A stretch of 50,334 nucleotides of DNA from Armatimonadota bacterium. GTDB taxonomy: Bacteria; Armatimonadota; Zipacnadia; Zipacnadales; UBA5352. Location: contig JAYENL010000010.1 in NCBI GenBank assembly GCA_034722055.1, forward strand, positions 1-50,334, in the 5' to 3' direction. A program made the translations under genes and the position numbers. Under the pieces are notes generated by a model. That model ran no database searches, had not been told where the DNA came from, and worked only from the letters and a program-made list of their open reading frames with translations. The stretch's first letter is position 1; each line of letters begins with the position of its first letter. Positions 36,350 through 45,596 of this stretch are shown piece after piece.

Positions 36350-36378
36350 GCAGGAGAACCGCGTCCGGGCCATGAAAT
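36350..36378 (+). promoter_or_regulatory. sigmaH-like promoter of the plus-strand lyase operon
   Basis: GCAGGA-N18-GAAAT. Confidence 0.55.
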
Positions 36379-36436
36379 CCCCCTCCCGGTCCGTGTGCAT
36401 CTGTGCCAGCAGCGCCTCCCGAGAGGGTGATCGCTG

Positions 36437-39400
36437 ATGCACTACATGCTGCTGCTCATCGCGCTCGTGCTCGCCTGCGCCTGCCCGGTCCTGTCGCAGC
36501 AGGACCGGCGGGAGGCCGAGCTTGAGCTGCTCCACAGCCTGGAGATCCAGCCCGATGAGCTGATGCCGCTGCACCTCGACACGCCCATCGTCGATGGCGG
36601 CGAGCCGCGGGCGGTCATCTGCCACGCCGATGACCGGGCCTGGTCGGAGGCCGCGCGGGTGGTGCAGACGGCCGTGCGTCAGGCCACCGGCGCGGAGCTG
36701 CCCATGGTGACCGACGGGGCCCTGAGCTTCGAGGAGGCGGATGGGCAGAGCGTCATCCTGCTGGGGCACCTGGACAACAACCGGCACGTGGCGCGGCTGT
36801 ACCACAACTTCTTCGTCTGCCTTGACACGGCCTACGCCGGGGCCGACGGCTACGTGATACGCTCGGTGCACGATCCGTGGGGGGAGGGGCACAACGTTCT
36901 CCTGGTGGGCGGCAGCACCGCGGAGGGGACTGCCCGCGCCGCCGAGGCCTTCGCAGAGGTCATCGCTGACGCCCCGGCGGGGGACTCGCTGACGCTCGGC
37001 CGGCAGATGGTGCTGGAGATCGGCGGCGAGGCCATGACGGCCGAGGAGCGCGACGCCGCGATCGAGCTTGGCCGGGAGAGGCTCTTCGCACCCGGCGAGG
37101 GGCGCCGGGGCGTGGCGCGGCTCATCGCTCATGGCGTGGCTTACCACCGCACCGGTGACCCGATGGAAGGCGCGGTCTACCGTGCGATGATGCACGCCCT
37201 GGCGGAGTACTTCGAGACCGACGAGTACATCGCCACCATGCCGCTGTCGCGCTACGACCGGGACTTCCGCGATGCCTGGACCTACCGCGTGGGCGTGACG
37301 TGGGACCTGCTGGAGGAGAGCGGGCTGTTCAGCGATGAGGAGCGGCTGCGCTTCACCAACCTGGTGCTGCGGCTGATGGTAGAGTGTGACCTCTACCAGG
37401 GCTACGAGCGGCGTCTGGAGCACTGGCGCGAGAACACCGACGTGCCGCACAACCATAACACCTTCCCGGCGCTGGGCGCCTACTTCGTGGGCAGCTACTT
37501 CAAGCGCCATTACGGACAGAACTCGCGCCTCATGGAGCGCGCTGACATGTGGCTGGAGATCGCGGAGGGCGTCTTCCGCGGCCTGAAGCACTCCCCCAAG
37601 CCGCTGGAGGACGCCGCCAGCTACGTGTGGCTGCCGATGATGCACGTGATGACCTACTCCCTGGCGGGCGGCGACACCACCTGGTTCGACGAGGGCCACG
37701 GGCGGGAGACCGCAGAGGTCGCCATGATGGTCATGGACAACGCCGGCTACCAGTCCGCCTACGGGGACCACTCCGCCTACAAGGCCACCTCCGGTATCGC
37801 CGACTGCATCTTCAAGATCGCCTGGTACTACCGCGACCCCGAGATTCTGTGGATGACCGAGCACGCCGGGGGCAGCAACGGCCACCCCTTCGGGCAGACC
37901 TACGCCCTGGACATCGAGCCACGGGCTCCCGCCGAGCACGTGGGGCTGACGGTCGCCGACCTGCCGCCCGCCGCCTACGACGAGGGCATCAGGCGCAGCC
38001 CCTACCCTACAGAGCCGAAGGTCCCCCTGGAGCGGTGCTTCAACAAGATGAGCTTCCGCGCGGGGCTGGACGAGTCAGACGCCTACCTGCTGCTGGACGG
38101 CTTCGGCCGCGGCACACACATGCACTGGGACGCCAACGCCATCATCCGCTACGCCCACGGCGGCGAGCCGCTGCTGGTGGATGGCGAGTACATCAAGAAC
38201 GCGCCCAAGTATCACAGCTCGCTGGTCATCATCCGCGACGGGCGGTCGCAGGACGCCCCGGCTGTGACGGAGCTGCTGCGCGCGGAGGAGCTGGAGGCGG
38301 TCTGCTTCGCGCAGACGCGCCTGCCGGAGTACAACGGCACCTCGTGGACGCGCGCCATCGTCTGGCGGCCCAACGACTACGTGCTGGTCAGCGACGAGGT
38401 GGAGGCCCTGGAGGCGGCGGATTACACGCTCCGCTGCTGCTGGCGGCCGTGGGGTCACGCGGAGCTTGAGGCCGGCACCTGCACGGTGATGCACCGGCCC
38501 ATGCGCCTGCAGGTGATGAACCTCGACGGGGCGCCGTCCAGCATCGAGGAGATGAAGATGGTCGGCAACATGCCCGTCTTCCGCCTCTCGCAGCAGGTTA
38601 CGCGGCCGATGGAGGTCGGGGACAGCTACCGCTTCGCCAACGTCATCCACTCCCACGCGCAGGACCGGCCTCGCGAGGTCGCCGCCCGGCGCGTGGGCCG
38701 GGGGCTGTTCGTGGTCGAGCGGCCGGAGGGCGCCGAGGTCATCGCCCTGGGCCCGGAGGGCCTCGCCGCCATGGGCATCGACGGTGAGGCGGAGATGGTG
38801 CTGCTGGGCGAGGACCTGCTGGTGACGACTGGCGCGACCGAGCTGTCGCCGGACGGCCCGGCCGAGCTCCGCTTCGCTGCCGGCGACGCGCCGGAGCAGA
38901 TTGCGGCGATCCGCGAGCGCGTGCTGGCGATGCCCGCCGCGGCCGCGACCGAGATGGGCGCGGGCGTCGAGGCGCCGGAGCTGGCCCAGGCCTGGGAGGC
39001 GGGCGGCTTCGAGGCGCCGCTGGAGACGCTGCCGGTGGCGAGCATCAGCGCCGACAGGGAGCCCTACGGCCGCTACGAGCCGGTGGACAAGCTCATCGAC
39101 GGCATGTTCAGCAGCTCCTACCACTCAGTGATGTGGCCGGACGGGGAGACGGTGACCATCACTGCTGAGCTGCCCGGGGAGACCGAGATCAGCACCATCA
39201 TGCTCCGCGAGTGGCACATGAGCGAGGACTGGGACATCGGCCGGCGCCGCCTGTGGATCAGCAGCGATGGCTTCCAGGAGGACGTGCGCGATCTAGGCAC
39301 GCCCTTCGAGGACGTGGGCACGGAGCGATTCGGCGGCAACGTCAACACCCTCATGGAGGCGCAGGTCCACCAGCGCGCGCGGCAGGTGCGGCTGACCATC

Positions 39401-40507
39401 AGCCCCGACCGCGAGGACTCCCGCGTCTACCTGGCGGAGCTTGAGATCCGCGGGACGCAGCCGGGCGAGCGGGCGCGGATCACGGCCATGGCCTCCGGGG
39501 ACCTGACCGGCGACGGCCGGACGGAGGTCGTGGTGGGCGCCGAATCGGGGCAGATTCGGGCCCTCTCCGCCGAGGGCGAGGCGCTGTGGACGGCCGACGA
39601 GCTGGACCGGTCCCAGATCAACGCGCTCGCCTGCATGGATCTCGACGGCGACGGCCGCGCGTCGGTCATCTTCGGCAACAACATGGCGACGCTGGGTCGC
39701 ATCTCGCCCGACGCCGAGCTGCTGTGGGAGATCACGCCGCCGCGATACCGCGGCATCGACAGCGACGTCATGACCATCCTGCCGGCCGACCTCGACGGCG
39801 ACGGCACGCCGGAGATTGTCATCGGCTGCCGGAGCTGGCAGTACATGGCCTACGACGCGGATGGCCAGATGCTGTGGAAGAACATCATCTACGCGCACTC
39901 CGCGACCGTCGGCCACGCCGATGACTTCGACGGCGACGGGCTCCCGGAGATCGTCGGCGGGAACGCGTACTACCGGCTGAACCTCATCGACCAGGACGGG
40001 ACGCGTATCTTCAGCGCCAGCCGCTTCGGCCCGGAGCAGACCGCGGTGGGCTCGGCCGATGTCGATGGAGACGATCTGGCGGAGATCCTGGTGGGCACGG
40101 ACCTGGGCGAGCTGCTGTGCTTCGACGGCGACGGCTCGGGCCTGTGGGAGCAGAACGTGGGCGACCGGGTGACGGCCATTATCCCCGCCGATTTGGATGG
40201 TGATGGGGTGGAGGAGATCGTGGTCGCGGCCGAGAGCGCCAACGTCTACGCCTTCGACGCGGACGGAGAGCCGGTCTGGCGGACGCCGCTGCCGGGCGGC
40301 GTCGGCGACATGATCCGCCTGCCCGGTGACGAGCCCCGCTTCGTCGCGGCCGCCGGCGCTGCGGGCGTGGCGATTATCGACGGCGATGGCGAGGTGCTGG
40401 CCATGGGGCCGGCCGACGCCCGAGCCCTCTCGGTGTCGCTGGTCGGCGGCCGCGTGGCGGTGACGACGACCGCGGGGCTGGTGCACGCCTTCGACCTTCC
40501 CGGATAG
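36437..40507 (+). CDS. secreted multidomain heparinase II/III-like protein with C-terminal FG-GAP/beta-propeller repeats
   Basis: Signal peptide; HNH, LEDAASY, LLDG..RGTHMHWDANAI and HSSL motifs; repeated DLDGDGxxEIVVG units. Confidence 0.8.
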   Translation: MHYMLLLIALVLACACPVLSQQDRREAELELLHSLEIQPDELMPLHLDTPIVDGGEPRAVICHADDRAWSEAARVVQTAVRQATGAELPMVTDGALSFEEADGQSVILLGHLDNNRHVARLYHNFFVCLDTAYAGADGYVIRSVHDPWGEGHNVLLVGGSTAEGTARAAEAFAEVIADAPAGDSLTLGRQMVLEIGGEAMTAEERDAAIELGRERLFAPGEGRRGVARLIAHGVAYHRTGDPMEGAVYRAMMHALAEYFETDEYIATMPLSRYDRDFRDAWTYRVGVTWDLLEESGLFSDEERLRFTNLVLRLMVECDLYQGYERRLEHWRENTDVPHNHNTFPALGAYFVGSYFKRHYGQNSRLMERADMWLEIAEGVFRGLKHSPKPLEDAASYVWLPMMHVMTYSLAGGDTTWFDEGHGRETAEVAMMVMDNAGYQSAYGDHSAYKATSGIADCIFKIAWYYRDPEILWMTEHAGGSNGHPFGQTYALDIEPRAPAEHVGLTVADLPPAAYDEGIRRSPYPTEPKVPLERCFNKMSFRAGLDESDAYLLLDGFGRGTHMHWDANAIIRYAHGGEPLLVDGEYIKNAPKYHSSLVIIRDGRSQDAPAVTELLRAEELEAVCFAQTRLPEYNGTSWTRAIVWRPNDYVLVSDEVEALEAADYTLRCCWRPWGHAELEAGTCTVMHRPMRLQVMNLDGAPSSIEEMKMVGNMPVFRLSQQVTRPMEVGDSYRFANVIHSHAQDRPREVAARRVGRGLFVVERPEGAEVIALGPEGLAAMGIDGEAEMVLLGEDLLVTTGATELSPDGPAELRFAAGDAPEQIAAIRERVLAMPAAAATEMGAGVEAPELAQAWEAGGFEAPLETLPVASISADREPYGRYEPVDKLIDGMFSSSYHSVMWPDGETVTITAELPGETEISTIMLREWHMSEDWDIGRRRLWISSDGFQEDVRDLGTPFEDVGTERFGGNVNTLMEAQVHQRARQVRLTISPDREDSRVYLAELEIRGTQPGERARITAMASGDLTGDGRTEVVVGAESGQIRALSAEGEALWTADELDRSQINALACMDLDGDGRASVIFGNNMATLGRISPDAELLWEITPPRYRGIDSDVMTILPADLDGDGTPEIVIGCRSWQYMAYDADGQMLWKNIIYAHSATVGHADDFDGDGLPEIVGGNAYYRLNLIDQDGTRIFSASRFGPEQTAVGSADVDGDDLAEILVGTDLGELLCFDGDGSGLWEQNVGDRVTAIIPADLDGDGVEEIVVAAESANVYAFDADGEPVWRTPLPGGVGDMIRLPGDEPRFVAAAGAAGVAIIDGDGEVLAMGPADARALSVSLVGGRVAVTTTAGLVHAFDLPG

Positions 40508-40529
40508 CTCGCAGACGATGGAGGTCTCC

Positions 40530-42941
40530 ATGCTTCGAGCGATGATCGTCCTGACGGCGGTGGTCATGGTGGCAGCAGCGGCCTTCGCGCAGGCGCAGTT
40601 CGATGACACGCCCGCTGGCGAGCGGGAGTGGGGCTTCCGGCCGGCGGACGGCAGCGCGTCCGCCACGAACCCCCCGGGCTTCTGCTGGCGCCCCCAGGAG
40701 GGGGCCCGCGTCTACGCGCTGGAGGTCGCCCGCGACCGGGACTTTCGAGATATCGTCTACGAGGCGCAGGGCTTGGAGCTGAGCGTGCACTGCCCGCCGC
40801 TGACGCTCCCGGCCGAGCGCCTGTGGTGGCGGGTAGCCTTCGTGGGCGAGGAGAACAGGCGCTCGCAGTGGAGCAAGCCCCGATCCTTCACATTCGCCGA
40901 GGACGCGGTGCGGTTCCCCATGCCCCAGCGAGGGGAGCTGCTGGTGCGGGTGCCCGACGAGCATCCCCGGCTGTTCGTGCGCCCGGACGAGCTCCCGAGG
41001 CTGAGGGAGCTGGCGCAGGGACAACTGCGCGACCGCTACCAGAGCCTGGTGGCGGCGTGTGAGGAGATCATGGCCGATCCGCCGCCCACCGAGGAGCCGC
41101 CGAAGTACCCCGAGGATATGGTGCGGGGCAGCGACGAGTGGAGGAGCATCTGGTGGGGCAACCGCACCTACACCATCAGGGTCCTCAACAGCGCCGCCAC
41201 GCTGGCCTTCACGCGGCTGCTGGGCGGGCAGGAGGAGTACGGCCAGAAGGCGCGGGAGCTGCTGATGGCGGCGGCCGGGTGGGACCCCAAGGGCGCCACA
41301 GGCTATCGCTATAACGACGAGGCCGGCATGCCCTACAACTACTACTTCTCGCGCACCTACACCTTCGTGAACGACCTGCTGAACGAGGAGGAGAGGCAGA
41401 GGTGCCGCGAGGTCATGCGGGTGCGCGGGGAGGAGATGTACAACCACCTCTGCCCCCGGCACCTGTGGCGGCCCTACTCCAGCCACTCCAACCGCGCCTG
41501 GCACTTCCTGGGCGAGGTGGCCATCGCGTTCCTGGACGAGATCCCGGAGGCCGCCGACTGGCTGTGGTTCGCCGAGAACGTGTTCTTCAACGTCTACCCG
41601 GTGTGGAGCGACGATGACGGCGGCTGGCACGAGGGCTCGGCCTACTGGGCCAGCTACCTGACGTGCTTCACGTGGTGGCAGGACGTGCAGCGGGTGGTCC
41701 TGGGCATCGACGGCTACCGGAAGCCCTTCTTCTCCGCGTGCGGCGGCTTCGCGCTCTATGTCATGCCGCCGAACGTGCCCCGCGGGGGCTTCGGCGACCT
41801 GACCGGCGGCCGGGAGGCCCAGGACAACCGGACGCTGATGAGCGTCTTCGCCGCCCAGGCGCAGCAGCCCTACTGGCAGGACTACGTGGAGCGCATCGGC
41901 GGTCCGTCGCAGACCGGCGGCTACATCGGCTTCATCCGCGGGGCGCTCCCCGACGTGGAGAGCCGGCCGATCTCAGAGCTGCCCTCCTCCAAGCTCTTCC
42001 GCGGCACCGGCCTGGCGCTGCTGCACACCGACATCACCGACGCCCGCCGCGACGTGCAGATCGAGTTCAAGTCCAGCCCCTTCGGCTCTCAGAGCCACGG
42101 GTATGAGGCCCAGAACGCCTTCCTGCTGTATGCCTACGGGGATCCGTTGTTGATCCGCACGGGGCGGCGTGACAGCTACGGGAGCAAGCATCACAAGCAG
42201 TGGATGTGGTCCACGCGATCGGTCAACTCCATCACCGTGGGCGGGCAGGGCCAGATGCCCCACAGCGCCGCTGCCGAGGGGAGGATCGTGGCCTTCGAGA
42301 CCTCCGAGAGCTTCGACTACGTGGCGGGGGAGGCCGGTAGCGCCTATCCTGACGGCCTCGTCGAGCAGTTCACGCGGCATATCCTCTTCGTCAAGCCTCA
42401 TCTGGTCGTCATCTTCGACGAGCTTGCGACGCCGCAGCCGCAGACCTTCCAGTACTGGCTGCACTCGCCCGAACAGATGCAGATCGGTGGACAGCACGAC
42501 ATTCGGCTGGTCGTGGGCGACGCCGGCTGCCGCATCGACATGCTGGAGCCGGAGGGCCTGGCGCTGAGCCAGACGGACCAGTTCGATCCCCCGCCGCGGC
42601 CGCGCATCACGCTGACCCAGTGGCACATGACCGCCGAGACGCCCCAGCCGGCCAGCCGGCAGCACTTCGCGACCGTCATCCGGCCTCATCGCGCTGGCGA
42701 GCAGCCGCCCACGGCGGCGTCGGTGCAGCGCTCCGAGAGCTGCCATGCCATCCGCGCCGCGCTGCCGGAGGGCGAGGTCATCATCCTGTGGCGGACCGGT
42801 GGCGGCGAGCTGTCCGCCATGGATGTGAGCACCGACGCAGACGTTGCGGCGGTGAAGCTCGACGCCAATGGGGCGGTGGTGGAGGGATGGCTGCATGGCG
42901 GCGAGGCCCTGGCATATCGCGGCGAGGATGTGCTGCGGTGA
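40530..42941 (+). CDS. secreted DUF4962 / heparinase II/III family lyase (PL15-like)
   Basis: PADG....TNPPGFCW, HPRLF, YSSH, DGGWHEG..YW and FKSSPFGSQSHG..QNAF motifs; GGAGGT RBS. Confidence 0.9.
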   Translation: MLRAMIVLTAVVMVAAAAFAQAQFDDTPAGEREWGFRPADGSASATNPPGFCWRPQEGARVYALEVARDRDFRDIVYEAQGLELSVHCPPLTLPAERLWWRVAFVGEENRRSQWSKPRSFTFAEDAVRFPMPQRGELLVRVPDEHPRLFVRPDELPRLRELAQGQLRDRYQSLVAACEEIMADPPPTEEPPKYPEDMVRGSDEWRSIWWGNRTYTIRVLNSAATLAFTRLLGGQEEYGQKARELLMAAAGWDPKGATGYRYNDEAGMPYNYYFSRTYTFVNDLLNEEERQRCREVMRVRGEEMYNHLCPRHLWRPYSSHSNRAWHFLGEVAIAFLDEIPEAADWLWFAENVFFNVYPVWSDDDGGWHEGSAYWASYLTCFTWWQDVQRVVLGIDGYRKPFFSACGGFALYVMPPNVPRGGFGDLTGGREAQDNRTLMSVFAAQAQQPYWQDYVERIGGPSQTGGYIGFIRGALPDVESRPISELPSSKLFRGTGLALLHTDITDARRDVQIEFKSSPFGSQSHGYEAQNAFLLYAYGDPLLIRTGRRDSYGSKHHKQWMWSTRSVNSITVGGQGQMPHSAAAEGRIVAFETSESFDYVAGEAGSAYPDGLVEQFTRHILFVKPHLVVIFDELATPQPQTFQYWLHSPEQMQIGGQHDIRLVVGDAGCRIDMLEPEGLALSQTDQFDPPPRPRITLTQWHMTAETPQPASRQHFATVIRPHRAGEQPPTAASVQRSESCHAIRAALPEGEVIILWRTGGGELSAMDVSTDADVAAVKLDANGAVVEGWLHGGEALAYRGEDVLR

Positions 42942-42953
42942 GCTGTCCCGGGC

Positions 42954-43005
42954 TTGACCGAGTCTTGCGCATGACTACACTGAGCGAAACATGTAAATCA
43001 TACAT
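42954..43005 (+). promoter_or_regulatory. sigma70-type promoter plus downstream palindromic operator
   Basis: TTGACC-N16-TACACT (42954-42981); ATGTA-AATCA-TACAT (42991-43005) in an AT-rich patch. Confidence 0.6.
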
Positions 43006-43089
43006 AACGCGGGAATCAGATTCGGGTGGGGGCGGCTTGTGCCGCCTGCTCTCAGGAGACGGGGCCGAAGCAGTGGAGGCGACGATACG

Positions 43090-44661
43090 ATGACGCGGCG
43101 CGCGATTATCCTCGTGCCGCTGATTCTGATGGGAGGGGGCGTGGCTGTGTGGTACTTCCTCCTGCGGTCCGAGGAGGCCCCGACCGACCGCCTGGTGCTG
43201 TCCGGGACCGTTGAGGCTACCAGCACGGAGGTGGGGAGCGAGGTGGCCGGCCGGGTGCTGCGGCTGAGCATCGACGAGGGCGATGCGGTGGCGGCGGGCG
43301 ACCCGCTGGCAGAGCTGGCCACGGAGCTGGGGGAGGCGAGGCTGTCGCAGGCGGAGGCGGCCAGCGCCGCCGCCCGCCAGCGCGAGTCCCAGTCGGCGAC
43401 TGCGGCGTCAGTGCAGGCCGGAGTGCTGGCCGCCGAGGTGGAGCGCGCCCGGCTGGCGGTGGCCACGGCGGAGGCACGCCTGGCCGACCTGCTGGCCGGG
43501 GCGCGTCCGGAGGCCATCCGTGAGGCGGAGGCCGGCGTCCGGCAGGCCGAGGCGCAGCGTCGCGCCGCCGAGGAGCAGCTTGCCAGGGCGGTGGAGGGAC
43601 CGCGGGAACAGGAGATCGCGCAGGCGGAGGCGGCCGTGGCGCAGGCTGATGAGCGCGTCCGGGCGGCTGAGGCCAGGCTCGAGGAGCTGAGAGAGGGCAC
43701 GCGGGAGCAGGACATCGAGCAGGCCCGGGCGGCGGTGGCGAGCGCTCGGGCGCGGGCCCAGAAGACGGAGAAGGACGCCGCGCGTATGCAGCAGCTCCAC
43801 GATGATGGCGTGGTCTCCGCCGATGCCCTGGAGCAGGCTCAGACGGCTGCAGAGACGGCCGCGGAGTCCCTGCGCTCGGCGCAGGCGGCGCTGGAGAAGG
43901 CTGAGGAGGGCCCGCGGCCGCAGACCATCCGGGCGGCGGCGGCGGAGGTGGACCAGGCCAAGGCCGCTCGCCGCCAGGCGCAGGAGCAGCTCGCTCTGCT
44001 GCGAGAGGGTACCCGGCCGGAGGACATCCGGGCCGCCGAGGCCCAGGTGGATCAGGCTCGGGAGGCGGTGGCTGCCGCCGAGGAGCGGCTGGCTGCGCTG
44101 CGCAAGGGCCCCACTGAGGAGCAGATCCGCATCGCGCGGCGGCAGGTAGACGAGGCCCGCGCCGGGCTCGGGCTGGCTCGGCGGCGACAGCGGGAGGCGG
44201 AGGTGTCGCGCCAGCAGGCCGAGGTGGCCGCCAGAGAGGCCGAACGCGCGGAGGCCGCCGCTGAGGAGGCCGCCATCAGCCTCGGCAAGCACGTCGTCGC
44301 CGCACCCTCGGCCGGCATCGTGGACAGCATCAACGCGGAGGCCGGTGAGGTGGTCTCGCCCGGCAGCTCCCTGGTCACGGTGGTGGACCCCGACGACCTG
44401 TGGGTCACCGTGTTCGTGCCCGAGCCGCAGATGCCGCTGGTGGAGGTGGGCCAGCGCGCGCAGATTGCCGTGGACGGCTGGGACCAGCCCTTCGAGGCCG
44501 AGGTCTACTGGATCGCTGAGGAGGCGGAGTTCACCCCCAAGTACGTGCTCACCAAGGCCGAGCGCACGCGGCTGGTCTACGAGGTCCGCGTGCGACCCCG
44601 GCACCGGGATGGGCGGCTCAAGCCGGGCATGCCCGCGGATGTCACCATCTTCGTCCGCTGA
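43090..44661 (+). CDS. HlyD/YbhG-family periplasmic adaptor with extended coiled coil
   Basis: N-terminal TM, LSGTVEA...VAGRV, APSAGIV...GEVV.PG, AEFTPK and LKPGMPADV motifs. Confidence 0.93.
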   Translation: MTRRAIILVPLILMGGGVAVWYFLLRSEEAPTDRLVLSGTVEATSTEVGSEVAGRVLRLSIDEGDAVAAGDPLAELATELGEARLSQAEAASAAARQRESQSATAASVQAGVLAAEVERARLAVATAEARLADLLAGARPEAIREAEAGVRQAEAQRRAAEEQLARAVEGPREQEIAQAEAAVAQADERVRAAEARLEELREGTREQDIEQARAAVASARARAQKTEKDAARMQQLHDDGVVSADALEQAQTAAETAAESLRSAQAALEKAEEGPRPQTIRAAAAEVDQAKAARRQAQEQLALLREGTRPEDIRAAEAQVDQAREAVAAAEERLAALRKGPTEEQIRIARRQVDEARAGLGLARRRQREAEVSRQQAEVAAREAERAEAAAEEAAISLGKHVVAAPSAGIVDSINAEAGEVVSPGSSLVTVVDPDDLWVTVFVPEPQMPLVEVGQRAQIAVDGWDQPFEAEVYWIAEEAEFTPKYVLTKAERTRLVYEVRVRPRHRDGRLKPGMPADVTIFVR

Positions 44662-44666
44662 GGCCC

Positions 44667-45596
44667 ATGGATGAGATCAGCGTCCGCACCGAGGGGCTGT
44701 GCAAGCGCTTCGGCCCGATACGCGCCGTGGATGGGCTGGAGCTTGAGGTCAGGGCAGGCGAGATCTTTGGCCTGGTGGGCTCCGACGGCGCCGGGAAGAC
44801 CACCACCATGCGGCTGCTCGCAGGCCTGCTGCAGCCCGACGCCGGGTCGGTGTCCGTCGCCGGGATCGATGTGCTCAGCCAGCCCGAGCAGGTCCGCCGC
44901 CGGCTGGGATACCTGCCGCAGACCTTCGCGCTTCACGGCCACCTGTCCATCGACGAGAACATCGATTACTTCGCCGACCTCTTCTGCCAGGACCGCGCCG
45001 AGATGGCCGGGCGGCGGCGGGAGCTGCTGCAGGCCACGGACCTGGCTGAGTTCGCCGACCGCCGCGCGGATGCCCTGTCGGGCGGCATGAGGCAGAAGGC
45101 CGCCCTCATCTGCGCGCTTATCCACCGGCCCCAGGTGCTGCTGCTGGATGAGCCGACGCGCGGCGTGGACCCCGTCTCCCGCCGCGATCTGTGGCGCATC
45201 GTCTACGGGCTCCCCACCGAGGGCGTGACGGTGCTGGTGGCCACGCCCGATGCCGACGAGGCTGAGCGCTGCGGGCGGCTGGGCGTCATCGCCGAAGGGC
45301 GCATCATCGACACCGGGACGCCCCAACAGCTCGTGGAGCGGCACACCGCCGGGCTCATCGAGGTCGCCGCCGACCGCCCTCAGGCCGCCCGCGAGGTACT
45401 GCGCGGGGTTGGGGGCGTGCGTGGCGTCTCCGCGCTCGGCGCCAGCCTCCGGGTCAGCGTGGCGGAGGACGGCCCCGATTGCCAGGCGCTGCGCGGCATG
45501 CTCCAGGAGAGGGGCATCGAGGTGCATGAGGCACGGGCCATCGAGCCGGGCCTGGAGGACGCGCTGCTGGTGCTGGAGGCGGAGCGCGGTGGCTGA
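44667..45596 (+). CDS. ABC-2 transporter ATP-binding protein (YbhF N-terminal NBD-like)
   Basis: GSDGAGKTT, LSGGMRQK and LLLDEPT motifs. Confidence 0.93.
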   Translation: MDEISVRTEGLCKRFGPIRAVDGLELEVRAGEIFGLVGSDGAGKTTTMRLLAGLLQPDAGSVSVAGIDVLSQPEQVRRRLGYLPQTFALHGHLSIDENIDYFADLFCQDRAEMAGRRRELLQATDLAEFADRRADALSGGMRQKAALICALIHRPQVLLLDEPTRGVDPVSRRDLWRIVYGLPTEGVTVLVATPDADEAERCGRLGVIAEGRIIDTGTPQQLVERHTAGLIEVAADRPQAAREVLRGVGGVRGVSALGASLRVSVAEDGPDCQALRGMLQERGIEVHEARAIEPGLEDALLVLEAERGG

